A stretch of 34,695 nucleotides of DNA from an uncultured Gammaproteobacteria bacterium (GCA_964452565.1 CAYVLY010000002.1:185166-219860); one strand, 5' to 3'. Positions 24,494 through 31,762 are shown, numbered from the stretch's first letter. A program made the numbers and translations. Notes: a model not told the origin generated them from the sequence alone.

Positions 24494-25024
24494 TTATTCC
24501 ACTGGAATCATGTAATAAATTGCATTTTCAGTATAAAGCTCGATCGCATACTCAGCATCCTCGCTATCACCAAAGTATTCCTCAAGAACCGGATAAACCA
24601 CCATTGGCCCGATCATATACGAAAGCATGTTCTTGAACGGGAACTTTACAACTGCGTACTCATCAGCCTCTATAGTTCTCAGGCTGTAATCTTCAGGAAG
24701 TACTGTGACCTGTACTTCATCTATTATCGAACCGAGCTCGCTTCTAAGATCATCACCTGATACTTCTTCTGGATTGTCATAATAGATCCCTAACCAGACG
24801 TTGGTACCAATTCCATCTGATGCAAGCGCCTCTTGCATTCTTGTGAATACTGGACCGGACTGTGCGTAAGGACCAGTGTATTCTTCGTACACGAAATTAT
24901 ACGGGCCCATGGAGCGCACATCAACCTCATATGATCCAAAGCATCCCATATACCACAAGAAGCCGATGAGAATCACTGCAAGTAGTACCAAAAGTGCTAC
25001 TAAATTTTTCCAAAAACGATTCAT
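24494..25024 (-). CDS. Membrane-anchored GyrI-like (SOUL / AraC-effector-binding fold) protein, tentative
   Basis: N-terminal TM segment. YEEYTGPY...GIYYDNPEEV...RSELG pattern resembles GyrI-like small-molecule-binding domains. Confidence 0.45.
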   Translation of the reverse strand: MNRFWKNLVALLVLLAVILIGFLWYMGCFGSYEVDVRSMGPYNFVYEEYTGPYAQSGPVFTRMQEALASDGIGTNVWLGIYYDNPEEVSGDDLRSELGSIIDEVQVTVLPEDYSLRTIEADEYAVVKFPFKNMLSYMIGPMVVYPVLEEYFGDSEDAEYAIELYTENAIYYMIPVE

Positions 25025-25075
25025 ATTTGTAGTTATTAATTCTTGCTTGAATTATAGCATTATTGGATGTTGAGG

Positions 25076-25158
25076 TTGACATTCGGATCACTTTCGGATA
25101 TATTCATTAACCCCCTTCCCAACCCTAGCCAGCGAGGCTTCTCGCTGAAGGAAAAAAC
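25076..25158 (+). promoter_or_regulatory. Promoter and leader of GC-rich unit E; diverged copy of the cassette 5' module
   Basis: TTGACA(25076)-N17-TATATT(25099)CATT... The leader contains CAACCCTAGCCAGCGAGGC (cassette leader has CAACCTAGGCCCAGAGGCGC). GAAGGA lies 6 nt before the ATG. Confidence 0.65.
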
Positions 25159-25527
25159 ATGAACCCCGGTTTCTACGCACTCATTAGCGTCATCCTGATC
25201 TTTGCACTGCTCTGGCTCGGCAATCACGCCTTCAACACCCACTTCAGGAGGCTCTACTACTCTGGGTACAAGGCAATGGTCTTACGAACAATGTATAAAC
25301 TTGGAGCATACACTGGGTCAACGCAGCAAGGTGCCTCATGGGTCACCGCAGACAATGTCAGTGACTCATGCAGGGGCGATGCCCACTTCACGAAGAACCT
25401 GGAGTTTGTGCTCGATCTCATGAGAGAAGATGGTTTGGTCAAAGAAAACGAACATTGGGGGCAAGAGATCTACTGGCTCACTGAGCGGGGACTCGAGGAG
25501 GCCAGGGAACCCTGCTCCGACGCCTGA
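25159..25527 (+). CDS. GC-rich ORFan E: TM anchor plus winged-helix-like domain (tentative)
   Basis: 122 aa. N-terminal hydrophobic helix. C-terminal VLDLMREDGLVKEN...YWLTERGLEEA resembles a wHTH recognition region. Confidence 0.55.
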   Translation: MNPGFYALISVILIFALLWLGNHAFNTHFRRLYYSGYKAMVLRTMYKLGAYTGSTQQGASWVTADNVSDSCRGDAHFTKNLEFVLDLMREDGLVKENEHWGQEIYWLTERGLEEAREPCSDA

Positions 25528-25555
25528 CAGATCACCTATGGTCCTGCTCCTGCGT

Positions 25556-25588
25556 CCCGCGCCACCTCCGGCGCGGGCTTCTGCTTTT
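25556..25588 (+). terminator. Intrinsic terminator of unit E
   Basis: CCCGCGCC-acctcc-GGCGCGGG followed by cttctgctttt. Confidence 0.75.
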
Positions 25589-25707
25589 ATAAACTTTCGA
25601 GTATCAAGGTTAAACCTCCAAGGTTCAACCTTGAGAAAAAAATGCTACTATTATTGACTATTGACTATTTGGCGCTAATACGTTATTATTATGTCGCTTT
25701 CGAGTAT

Positions 25708-25784
25708 GGGCCCTTAGCTCAGCTGGCTAGAGCGCCTCGCTTGCACCGAGGAGGTCATCGGTTCGACTCCGATAGGGTCCACCA
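25708..25784 (+). tRNA. tRNA-Ala (anticodon UGC), CCA encoded
   Basis: Cloverleaf read by eye. Acceptor GGGCCCT/AGGGTCC with G3:U70. Anticodon stem CCTCG/CGAGG with loop CTTGCAC. T-arm ATCGG-TTCGACT-CCGAT. 3' CCA. Confidence 0.92.
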
Positions 25785-25789
25785 AAAAA

Positions 25790-25817
25790 CCCGCTGTTTA
25801 CAGCGAGTTTTTTGTTT
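25790..25817. terminator. Shared hairpin terminator for the tRNA (+) and the convergent 25817 gene (-)
   Basis: AAAAAACCCGCTG-ttta-CAGCGAGTTTTTTGTTTT. Confidence 0.7.
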
Positions 25818-27187
25818 TATCGCAGCTCTACCTTTGCCCCAATATCGGCCCAGTTATATATCCACTCAGCATCCTCGTAGCTTGCATTTATGCACCCATG
25901 ACTCATTGGATTCCCAAAGTTATCATGCCAATAAGCTGAGTGAATATAGTACATATTTTTGAAATTTAGGTTGTACTTCACCCCGGAAAGATCATAGTTA
26001 CGCGCATCCTCATCGCCAAAGTACCAGGTGTAATCCTTCCAAAGAATCTTATCGTAAACCTCATACTCACCCGTTGGCGAAGGATAGTAATATGTTCCAC
26101 CCGAGATCAAGAACGATCTTTGCAGAGCTCCATCTTCATACGCAAACAAAGTCTGTCGATCAAGGTCAATGTAGATGTACTGACCCTCTTGATCAACTGT
26201 TGATTGCTCCGCACCGATCGTGACAATCACTGGGTCACTGTTGACGATAACGGATGCACTAACGCTCGACATGGTGTCGAACGGTTCAAGTTCAAACACC
26301 TTGCGTCCGGTCATTTCATAAAATACGATTTGTGACTCCCCTCCTTTTGTTCCTACTCCAATCTCATCCATACCATCATTATCAACATCGCCACCAAAAA
26401 CATTCACACCGTAAGCGTTATCTTCAAATGCATCAATCGCAAGAACATACATAAGCGCATCATCCTTCCAGTCGAAAAGTTGCACACGCGTATCAGAGTA
26501 ACCTGCACGACCTGTAATAATCTCTGCATCGCCATCTCCATTAACATCTGCGGTTGCAACAACTGCTCCAGTATTCTCAATCGAACTTGCAGTAAACGTT
26601 TCTGTAAGTAACTCACCTTGCGCTGTGAAAACTTTAATGTGAGGTCCGCCAGTAATTCCCGCACCAGTGATAATCTCATCAACTCCATCATTATTCACAT
26701 CTCCTACCGCGACATTTACTCCACCGCGGAATCCTGAGTCATATGCAAAAAACTCATCCTCAAGATTTCCAGAGGTATCAAACACACGAACATGCGGCCC
26801 GCCGCTGTACATCGCGCCTGTTACGATCTCGATCTCACCATCAATATCTGTATCTCCAAGAGCAACATTAACACCGCCCATAAAGCTTTCTGAATACGCT
26901 AAAAAGCTATCTATTATTGATCCATCCTGTCTATACAGCGTCACCTCTGGTGCCAGCCCAGGTCCTGCTCCTAAGACAATCTCGTCAACTCCATCGTCTC
27001 CCAAGTCGGCTGATGCGATACTTCCGCCACCACGGTAGGAAGTATCAAAAGGATACATCACAGTTTGTGATTCTCCGTTAGTCGACAAAATTCGGACCTG
27101 CGATTGATCGTCGCGTGACTGCGCCGCACTTGTGATCAGTGGCGAAAAAAGTATTGCAACAATGGCAACTAATAAAATCCTTTTCAT
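25817..27187 (-). CDS. Secreted FG-GAP/VCBS-repeat beta-propeller fused to an L,D-transpeptidase (YkuD) catalytic domain
   Basis: Signal peptide MKRILLVAIVAILFSPLITSA. Repeated D(V/L)xxDGxDEI(V/I)xGAGxxGGPHV(R/K)VF units. C-terminal HSAYWHDNFGNPMSHGCINA matches the YkuD active-site motif. TATAAT lies 8 nt upstream of the ATG. Confidence 0.75.
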   Translation of the reverse strand: MKRILLVAIVAILFSPLITSAAQSRDDQSQVRILSTNGESQTVMYPFDTSYRGGGSIASADLGDDGVDEIVLGAGPGLAPEVTLYRQDGSIIDSFLAYSESFMGGVNVALGDTDIDGEIEIVTGAMYSGGPHVRVFDTSGNLEDEFFAYDSGFRGGVNVAVGDVNNDGVDEIITGAGITGGPHIKVFTAQGELLTETFTASSIENTGAVVATADVNGDGDAEIITGRAGYSDTRVQLFDWKDDALMYVLAIDAFEDNAYGVNVFGGDVDNDGMDEIGVGTKGGESQIVFYEMTGRKVFELEPFDTMSSVSASVIVNSDPVIVTIGAEQSTVDQEGQYIYIDLDRQTLFAYEDGALQRSFLISGGTYYYPSPTGEYEVYDKILWKDYTWYFGDEDARNYDLSGVKYNLNFKNMYYIHSAYWHDNFGNPMSHGCINASYEDAEWIYNWADIGAKVELR

Positions 27188-27460
27188 ACTTTTACATTAT
27201 ACGTTTTGAAAAAAGTTTTGTCATTTTTCAGAACACAGATAGAAAACTTTTTGCACATGTGTGCATAACTTTATAAAAAATAATTCTCTTTAAATGCAAA
27301 CAGCGATATAATTTAAGTGTTGCATGGTTATAGCACGTGCTTATCATGCAACGACTAAACGCACGGACAAAAAAATTTCGAGGTCGACGAAATGTTTGTG
27401 TGTCATAAAAAAACCATGCGGTCAAAAAACTGATCGTCTAATGAAGGGAGGTGAAAACAC

Positions 27461-27967
27461 ATGCCAGCAAAAAAACGAAAGACTACAAAACGGAAGGCAG
27501 CTCCAAAAAAACGAAAGGTTGCTAAGAGGAAGCCTGCGAAACGAAAGGTAGTACGGCGAAAAGCTGCTCCTAAGAAGCGAAAGGTCGCTAAGAGAAAGCC
27601 AGCTAAACGCAAAGTAGCAAAGCGAAAGCCTGCGAAGCGTAAGACCACTAAGCGAAAGACAGTAAAACGCAAGGTGACAAAAAAACGCAAGCCAGCTAAA
27701 CGAAAAACTACAAAACGTAAAACAGTAAAGCGAAAGACAACTAAGCGCAAAACTGTTAAGCGGAAAAAAGCTGCTCCTAAGAAGCGAAAGGTCGCTAAGA
27801 GAAAGCCAGCTAAACGCAAAGTAGCAAAGCGAAAGCCTGCGAAGCGTAAGACCACTAAGCGAAAGACAGTAAAACGCAAGGTGACAAAAAAACGCAAGCC
27901 AGCTAAGCGCAAGGTTGCTAAACGCAAACCTGCGAAACGTAAAACTACTCGACGTAAGAAACGTTAG
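27461..27967 (+). CDS. Lys/Arg/Ala/Pro-rich histone H1-like basic repeat protein
   Basis: 168 aa made almost entirely of (A/T/V)KRK(P/T/V)AKRK units. Strong SD GGGAGGTG is 8 nt upstream. The antisense ORF is an artefact of the repeats. Confidence 0.7.
   Translation: MPAKKRKTTKRKAAPKKRKVAKRKPAKRKVVRRKAAPKKRKVAKRKPAKRKVAKRKPAKRKTTKRKTVKRKVTKKRKPAKRKTTKRKTVKRKTTKRKTVKRKKAAPKKRKVAKRKPAKRKVAKRKPAKRKTTKRKTVKRKVTKKRKPAKRKVAKRKPAKRKTTRRKKR
27559..27906 (+). repeat. 141-nt perfect direct repeat (27559-27699 and 27766-27906), period 207 nt, in frame inside the Lys-rich gene
   Basis: Checked base by base: the two copies are identical. The offset of 207 nt equals 69 codons. Confidence 0.9.
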
Positions 27968-27978
27968 TTTTCAAAATC

Positions 27979-28106
27979 AAAAATCCCCGTCGTTTGATGA
28001 GGAGGAACTAAGCCCATCCGTCGCTCTACAAGCTATGGAGGGCGCCCAACATCCATTTCAATGAGGTTGGGCGGAGGACTCATCGCCAGACGACCGGGGA
28101 TTTTTT
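27979..28106 (+). other. About 128-nt branched hairpin ending in a T-run (complex terminator or small structured RNA)
   Basis: Outer stem AAAATCCCCGTCGT.TGATGAG / CTCATCG..AGACGAC.GGGGATTTT. Inner stem CGCCCAAC-N15-GTTGGGCG. Followed by TTTTTT. Confidence 0.5.
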
Positions 28107-28141
28107 GTTATAATAGATATACTAATTTCTAACACCATTTT

Positions 28142-28339
28142 ATGAAGAAATGTTGCAAAAAAATGTGCTGCCCATGCAAGTGCATGAAGTGCCTTCCATA
28201 TTGCCTTGGATTCATTGGTGCTGTGATCTATTACATCGCAACCGCGACAGGATTCTGGGTCGGAGTACTTGGAGTTCTAAAAGCGATCGTATGGCCAGTG
28301 TTCGTTGTATACGAAGTGCTGTCATACATTGGAGCATGA
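28142..28339 (+). CDS. Small Cys-rich membrane protein (65 aa)
   Basis: MKKCCKKMCCPCKCMKCLPYC (9 Cys in 21 residues) followed by two hydrophobic helices. The overlapping +2 frame ORF (28150-28347) is rejected. Confidence 0.55.
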   Translation: MKKCCKKMCCPCKCMKCLPYCLGFIGAVIYYIATATGFWVGVLGVLKAIVWPVFVVYEVLSYIGA

Positions 28340-28387
28340 TTTCATGATATCAGCGATCGCGGACATTGTGAAACTATAAAGCTCCGG

Positions 28388-28470
28388 CATAACCACCCTC
28401 CATCTCGAGCGAACGAAGTGAGTCGAGAGATCCCTCGGCTCACCTGACGGCTCACTCGGGATGGGTGAGT
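28388..28470. repeat. Palindromic intergenic element, CCATCTCGAGCG variant
   Basis: ccatctcgagcgaacgaagtgagtcgagagatcc...ggctcactcgggatgg. Related to the inner arms of 17187-17319. Confidence 0.65.
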
Positions 28471-28513
28471 GGTGCAGTGCTGGGGTTTTTGTTTTATGAT
28501 AAGATCGGTGGGT

Positions 28514-28882
28514 ATGAAAAAGAAAATGGTTATAAGCGGCAGTATGAAATTTCGTAGCTTAATCCGATCAACTATGAAAGAACTTGAGGGGCTCGGATTT
28601 GAGCCGCTGTTTCCGAACTTGGATTACAGCACGGAAGATAAAGATGTTGCGATGAGCACCGAGGAGAAGAAACGCCTCGCGCTTGAGCATTACGCTGCGA
28701 TCGAAGAATCCGACGCCGTGTATTTCATACTCCCAGAAGGCTACATGGGCACCAGCTGCAAAGTGGAGCTTGGCTACGCCCTGGCATGCAAGAAACCGAT
28801 TTACTTCTCCGAGCCGACGGGCGATATCGGATTGGATTGTTATCCAGATCAGATAGGGACAATTGATCAGGTGGTTTCATAA
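28514..28882 (+). CDS. Nucleoside 2-deoxyribosyltransferase-like (Rossmann-like) protein, tentative
   Basis: Start reset to MKKKMVISGSMKF. The pattern ...IEESDAVYFILPEGYMGTSCKVELGYALACKKPIY resembles the NDT / YtoQ-like family. Confidence 0.4.
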   Translation: MKKKMVISGSMKFRSLIRSTMKELEGLGFEPLFPNLDYSTEDKDVAMSTEEKKRLALEHYAAIEESDAVYFILPEGYMGTSCKVELGYALACKKPIYFSEPTGDIGLDCYPDQIGTIDQVVS

Positions 28883-28988
28883 AGTCGACGATCGTCCACT
28901 TCATGAAATCAAAACCACCGGCTTGAGTGCCGGGGTTTTTGTTTAGATCAATAATCGATGGATTCCTGCCTGCGCAGGAATGACAATG

Positions 28989-30254
28989 CTATATCAATTT
29001 CGTCTGCCTCTTCACTGGAGCGGGATCGTTGTCAGTAAAAATCTTTACTTGCCCAAAAATTCCGTCGTAGCCTGGGCGGATCTTAATGTTGCCTTTGCGC
29101 ATTCGATCTATACCTTCAGCTATGGCATCGGTCGAATTCGATCGAATTGAACTTATCGATATATCGAGCAAAATGTCGAACTCTGACCCCAATGCTTCAA
29201 TCATACTTTCATACATTGCCTGCACTTTTTTACTTCCAGTGGACTTGATTTCGAAAGACTCTGCAATGATTTCCTGCAGCGGCACGATTGATTTATACGG
29301 GACCTGTCCTTCTGGGACTTTTTTGATCTGCCGATCAGCCAACTCGGATACACGTGCCAGTACACCAATTGTCATCGGCTTTTTACAAAGCTTGCACTTA
29401 CCACCAAGCTTTTTTGTTTCTTCTGGCAAACACCAAAACTCGCAGTTTGAACATCCGTCAGCATGATATTTCCCTTCTTCTGGATAGAACTCGATCGTGT
29501 ATTTGAACTTGGATGTGTCTTTGTTTTTCAAAATGTCGACGAATGTGTCATAGCTCAACTCTGACTCGTCGAGTTCGAATACATTTGCCTCGCGGCCGAA
29601 GTTGCGTGGGCTGTGCGCATCAGAGTTTGAAATGAGCATCACATCATCAAGTGCCGAAAGCGATCGATTCATTAATGGGTCGCTTGATAATCCTGTTTCA
29701 ACCGCATAGATGTACTCAGACATCTCGCCAAAGCACTGTTCAATCGTATCGAACCCAGACTTTGATCCAAATACAGAAAACCACGGCGTCCAGGCGTGTG
29801 CTGGAATGATGATAACTCGATCATCGATGTCTTTGAGATTCTTGTACAGCTCTTCTGAATCGATTCCGAGGATTGGGCGGCCGTCAGACTTAAGATTAAA
29901 CTCTCGATCCGTAAGCCACTTGTTTATCTTTTTAACTGATTCAATCGAAGGTGCAAAGACAATGTTGTGAATGCGTCTGCACTTCTCATCCTTACGATAG
30001 ATCTGCGCAATCTCTGTGGTCATCATGTAACGCATGCTTTCATGCTTGCCGTTTTTAAGCTTGTAAAGCCCGGGCTGGTCTTCAACCAACTGATCTTTAA
30101 TCTCCTCAAGCCACTTTGGATGCGTAAAGTCAGCGGTACCCAAAATATTCACACCTTTTTTCTCACACCACAACGCGTTGTTCTCAAGCGTCAAATCCTT
30201 GGAACATGCCCGTGAGAATCGAGAATGGAGGTGCCAGTCAGTTATTATCCGCAT
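28989..30254 (-). CDS. PHP-domain endonuclease Q-like protein (TIGR00375-like)
   Basis: N-terminal DWHLHSRFSRACSKDLTLENNALWCEKKGVNILGTADFTHPKW (PHP). Cys cluster ADGCSNCEFWC...GGKCKLCKK (Zn finger). About 420 aa, like EndoQ. Confidence 0.55.
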   Translation of the reverse strand: MRIITDWHLHSRFSRACSKDLTLENNALWCEKKGVNILGTADFTHPKWLEEIKDQLVEDQPGLYKLKNGKHESMRYMMTTEIAQIYRKDEKCRRIHNIVFAPSIESVKKINKWLTDREFNLKSDGRPILGIDSEELYKNLKDIDDRVIIIPAHAWTPWFSVFGSKSGFDTIEQCFGEMSEYIYAVETGLSSDPLMNRSLSALDDVMLISNSDAHSPRNFGREANVFELDESELSYDTFVDILKNKDTSKFKYTIEFYPEEGKYHADGCSNCEFWCLPEETKKLGGKCKLCKKPMTIGVLARVSELADRQIKKVPEGQVPYKSIVPLQEIIAESFEIKSTGSKKVQAMYESMIEALGSEFDILLDISISSIRSNSTDAIAEGIDRMRKGNIKIRPGYDGIFGQVKIFTDNDPAPVKRQTKLI

Positions 30255-30859
30255 ACAAAATATCTGTTGATGAATTGACGCGCTGGAATTATGCAGAGCA
30301 ATCCAGCATAGGTAAGTCCCTGCCCAATTGTGAAAACATTGAACACTACACTCTCAGCAAAGTTCCAATACAACCATGCCAGGCAGATAGATACGATGAG
30401 CCAAATTAGTGCACGCAATCTTTTTTCTATCCATACCTCAGCAATAAGCAATAATCCGATGAGCGCGATTACTACAGGTGCCACAGGCAGCATCATAATC
30501 AATAAACTTATGATAAACACGATCCACCGTATGCCACGTGCCACTGAGGCGCTTGCTCCACGAAACTGTCGTGTGAGATAGGATGAAACAAAGACGAGCA
30601 GCATAAGTCCCAACCACATCCACATCATATCTCCCATGCTATCTGTCCAAAGCCCTAAGCTTCTAGCGCCCTGTGTAGTGTCAACAAGTTCCCCAAACCA
30701 CCCAGTGATCAAATATGGTAAAAGTCCGAATACAATCTGGGATATGACTAGGATCAGCATCATGATTGGCGATTGCTTCCATATTCGTAGCGCATTCTTA
30801 CTCCACTTACGCCAAAGTGCCTTGAGATCTGATTCGACCTTGTTTATTGAGAGAATCAT
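30245..30859 (-). CDS. Polytopic membrane protein, unknown function
   Basis: 204 aa with 5-6 hydrophobic helices. Its stop overlaps the EndoQ-like start by 10 nt. TGaTACCAT lies 8 nt upstream of the ATG. Confidence 0.55.
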   Translation of the reverse strand: MILSINKVESDLKALWRKWSKNALRIWKQSPIMMLILVISQIVFGLLPYLITGWFGELVDTTQGARSLGLWTDSMGDMMWMWLGLMLLVFVSSYLTRQFRGASASVARGIRWIVFIISLLIMMLPVAPVVIALIGLLLIAEVWIEKRLRALIWLIVSICLAWLYWNFAESVVFNVFTIGQGLTYAGLLCIIPARQFINRYFVCG

Positions 30860-30950
30860 ATGTGTGTATGGTATCAGACTGATGGAGATCGAACCATTAG
30901 ATAAGGCTCGATGGCAACCACCCCCAACCCCTCCTTGGGAAGGGGGGAGA

Positions 30951-30981
30951 CGAAAACAAAAACAGGCGCTTGTGCGCCCGT
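30951..30981 (-). terminator. Intrinsic terminator after the nucleotidyltransferase gene
   Basis: Minus strand: ACGGGCGC-acaa-GCGCCTGT followed by TTTTTGTTTTC. Confidence 0.7.
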
Positions 30982-30986
30982 CTTTA

Positions 30987-31730
30987 TTATCCTATTAGTT
31001 CTTGTGCTTTTTCCAGCTCTTCTTCCGTGTTGATTCCAATGACCTCAAGTGGCTCTGCTGAGATTGTCGAGATTTCTTCACCTTCTTCGATCGCCATTTC
31101 GACGAGATCAGTTAGGTAATACTCGCCGCTTGCGTTTTTATTTGAAAGTCTTGATAGGTGATCTTTAAGCCAGACTGTATTGAAAGCAAACATCGAAGGA
31201 TTCACCTCTTTTATCTCAAGCTCGGCTTCGGTTGCATCTTTTGCCTCTCGAATAGCCGCAATGCTGCCAACTTCATCCCGAATGATCCGCCCCCACCGCA
31301 CAAAGCCACTATACTCTTTATCATACGATGGAACTGTGGCAGTCACCATTGCAATAACGGTTTGTCCTCCTTCGTACAACTCCTTAAGTTCTTGCATTCT
31401 CTCAGCAGTGAGGAATGGGTGATCGCCATTGAAGACTATTAAACAATCAGCATCTGCAAATGCATTCTCAGCTGAGTGCACAGCATCACCTGTTCCAAGC
31501 TGTTCTTGCTGCATCACATACTCACACTTGTCTCCTAAAACATCACGGAACAGCTCAATGTTATCCGGAGCAATTACAAGAATCGGGCGAGTATCAATTT
31601 CTGAATCGATTATGCTGTCGATGAGATGTTCAATCATTGGACGTCCGGCAATCTCGATAAGTGGCTTTGGGACTTCTCGGCCCATCCGCTTTCCCTGACC
31701 AGCAGCCATCACTAATGCACGTATGCTCAT
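30987..31730 (-). CDS. Sugar-1-phosphate nucleotidyltransferase, GlmU N-terminal-domain-like (no acetyltransferase domain)
   Basis: LVMAAGQGKRMGREVPKPLIEIAGRPMIEH signature. Only 247 aa, so the left-handed beta-helix half of GlmU is absent. Confidence 0.7.
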   Translation of the reverse strand: MSIRALVMAAGQGKRMGREVPKPLIEIAGRPMIEHLIDSIIDSEIDTRPILVIAPDNIELFRDVLGDKCEYVMQQEQLGTGDAVHSAENAFADADCLIVFNGDHPFLTAERMQELKELYEGGQTVIAMVTATVPSYDKEYSGFVRWGRIIRDEVGSIAAIREAKDATEAELEIKEVNPSMFAFNTVWLKDHLSRLSNKNASGEYYLTDLVEMAIEEGEEISTISAEPLEVIGINTEEELEKAQELIG

Positions 31731-31762
31731 AGATAGTTTTTTCTAATTTACGTTCCAGTGCG

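Noticed and set aside
25642-25962. 106-aa ORF spanning the tRNA-Ala gene
   Set aside because: It reads straight through the tRNA and the shared terminator and has no translation signals.
27403-27927. 174-aa minus-strand ORF (FRF/LRL repeats) opposite the Lys-rich gene
   Set aside because: This is the mirror image of AAR/CGN repeats. The plus-strand gene has a strong SD and a sensible basic-protein product. The minus-strand frame has no signals.
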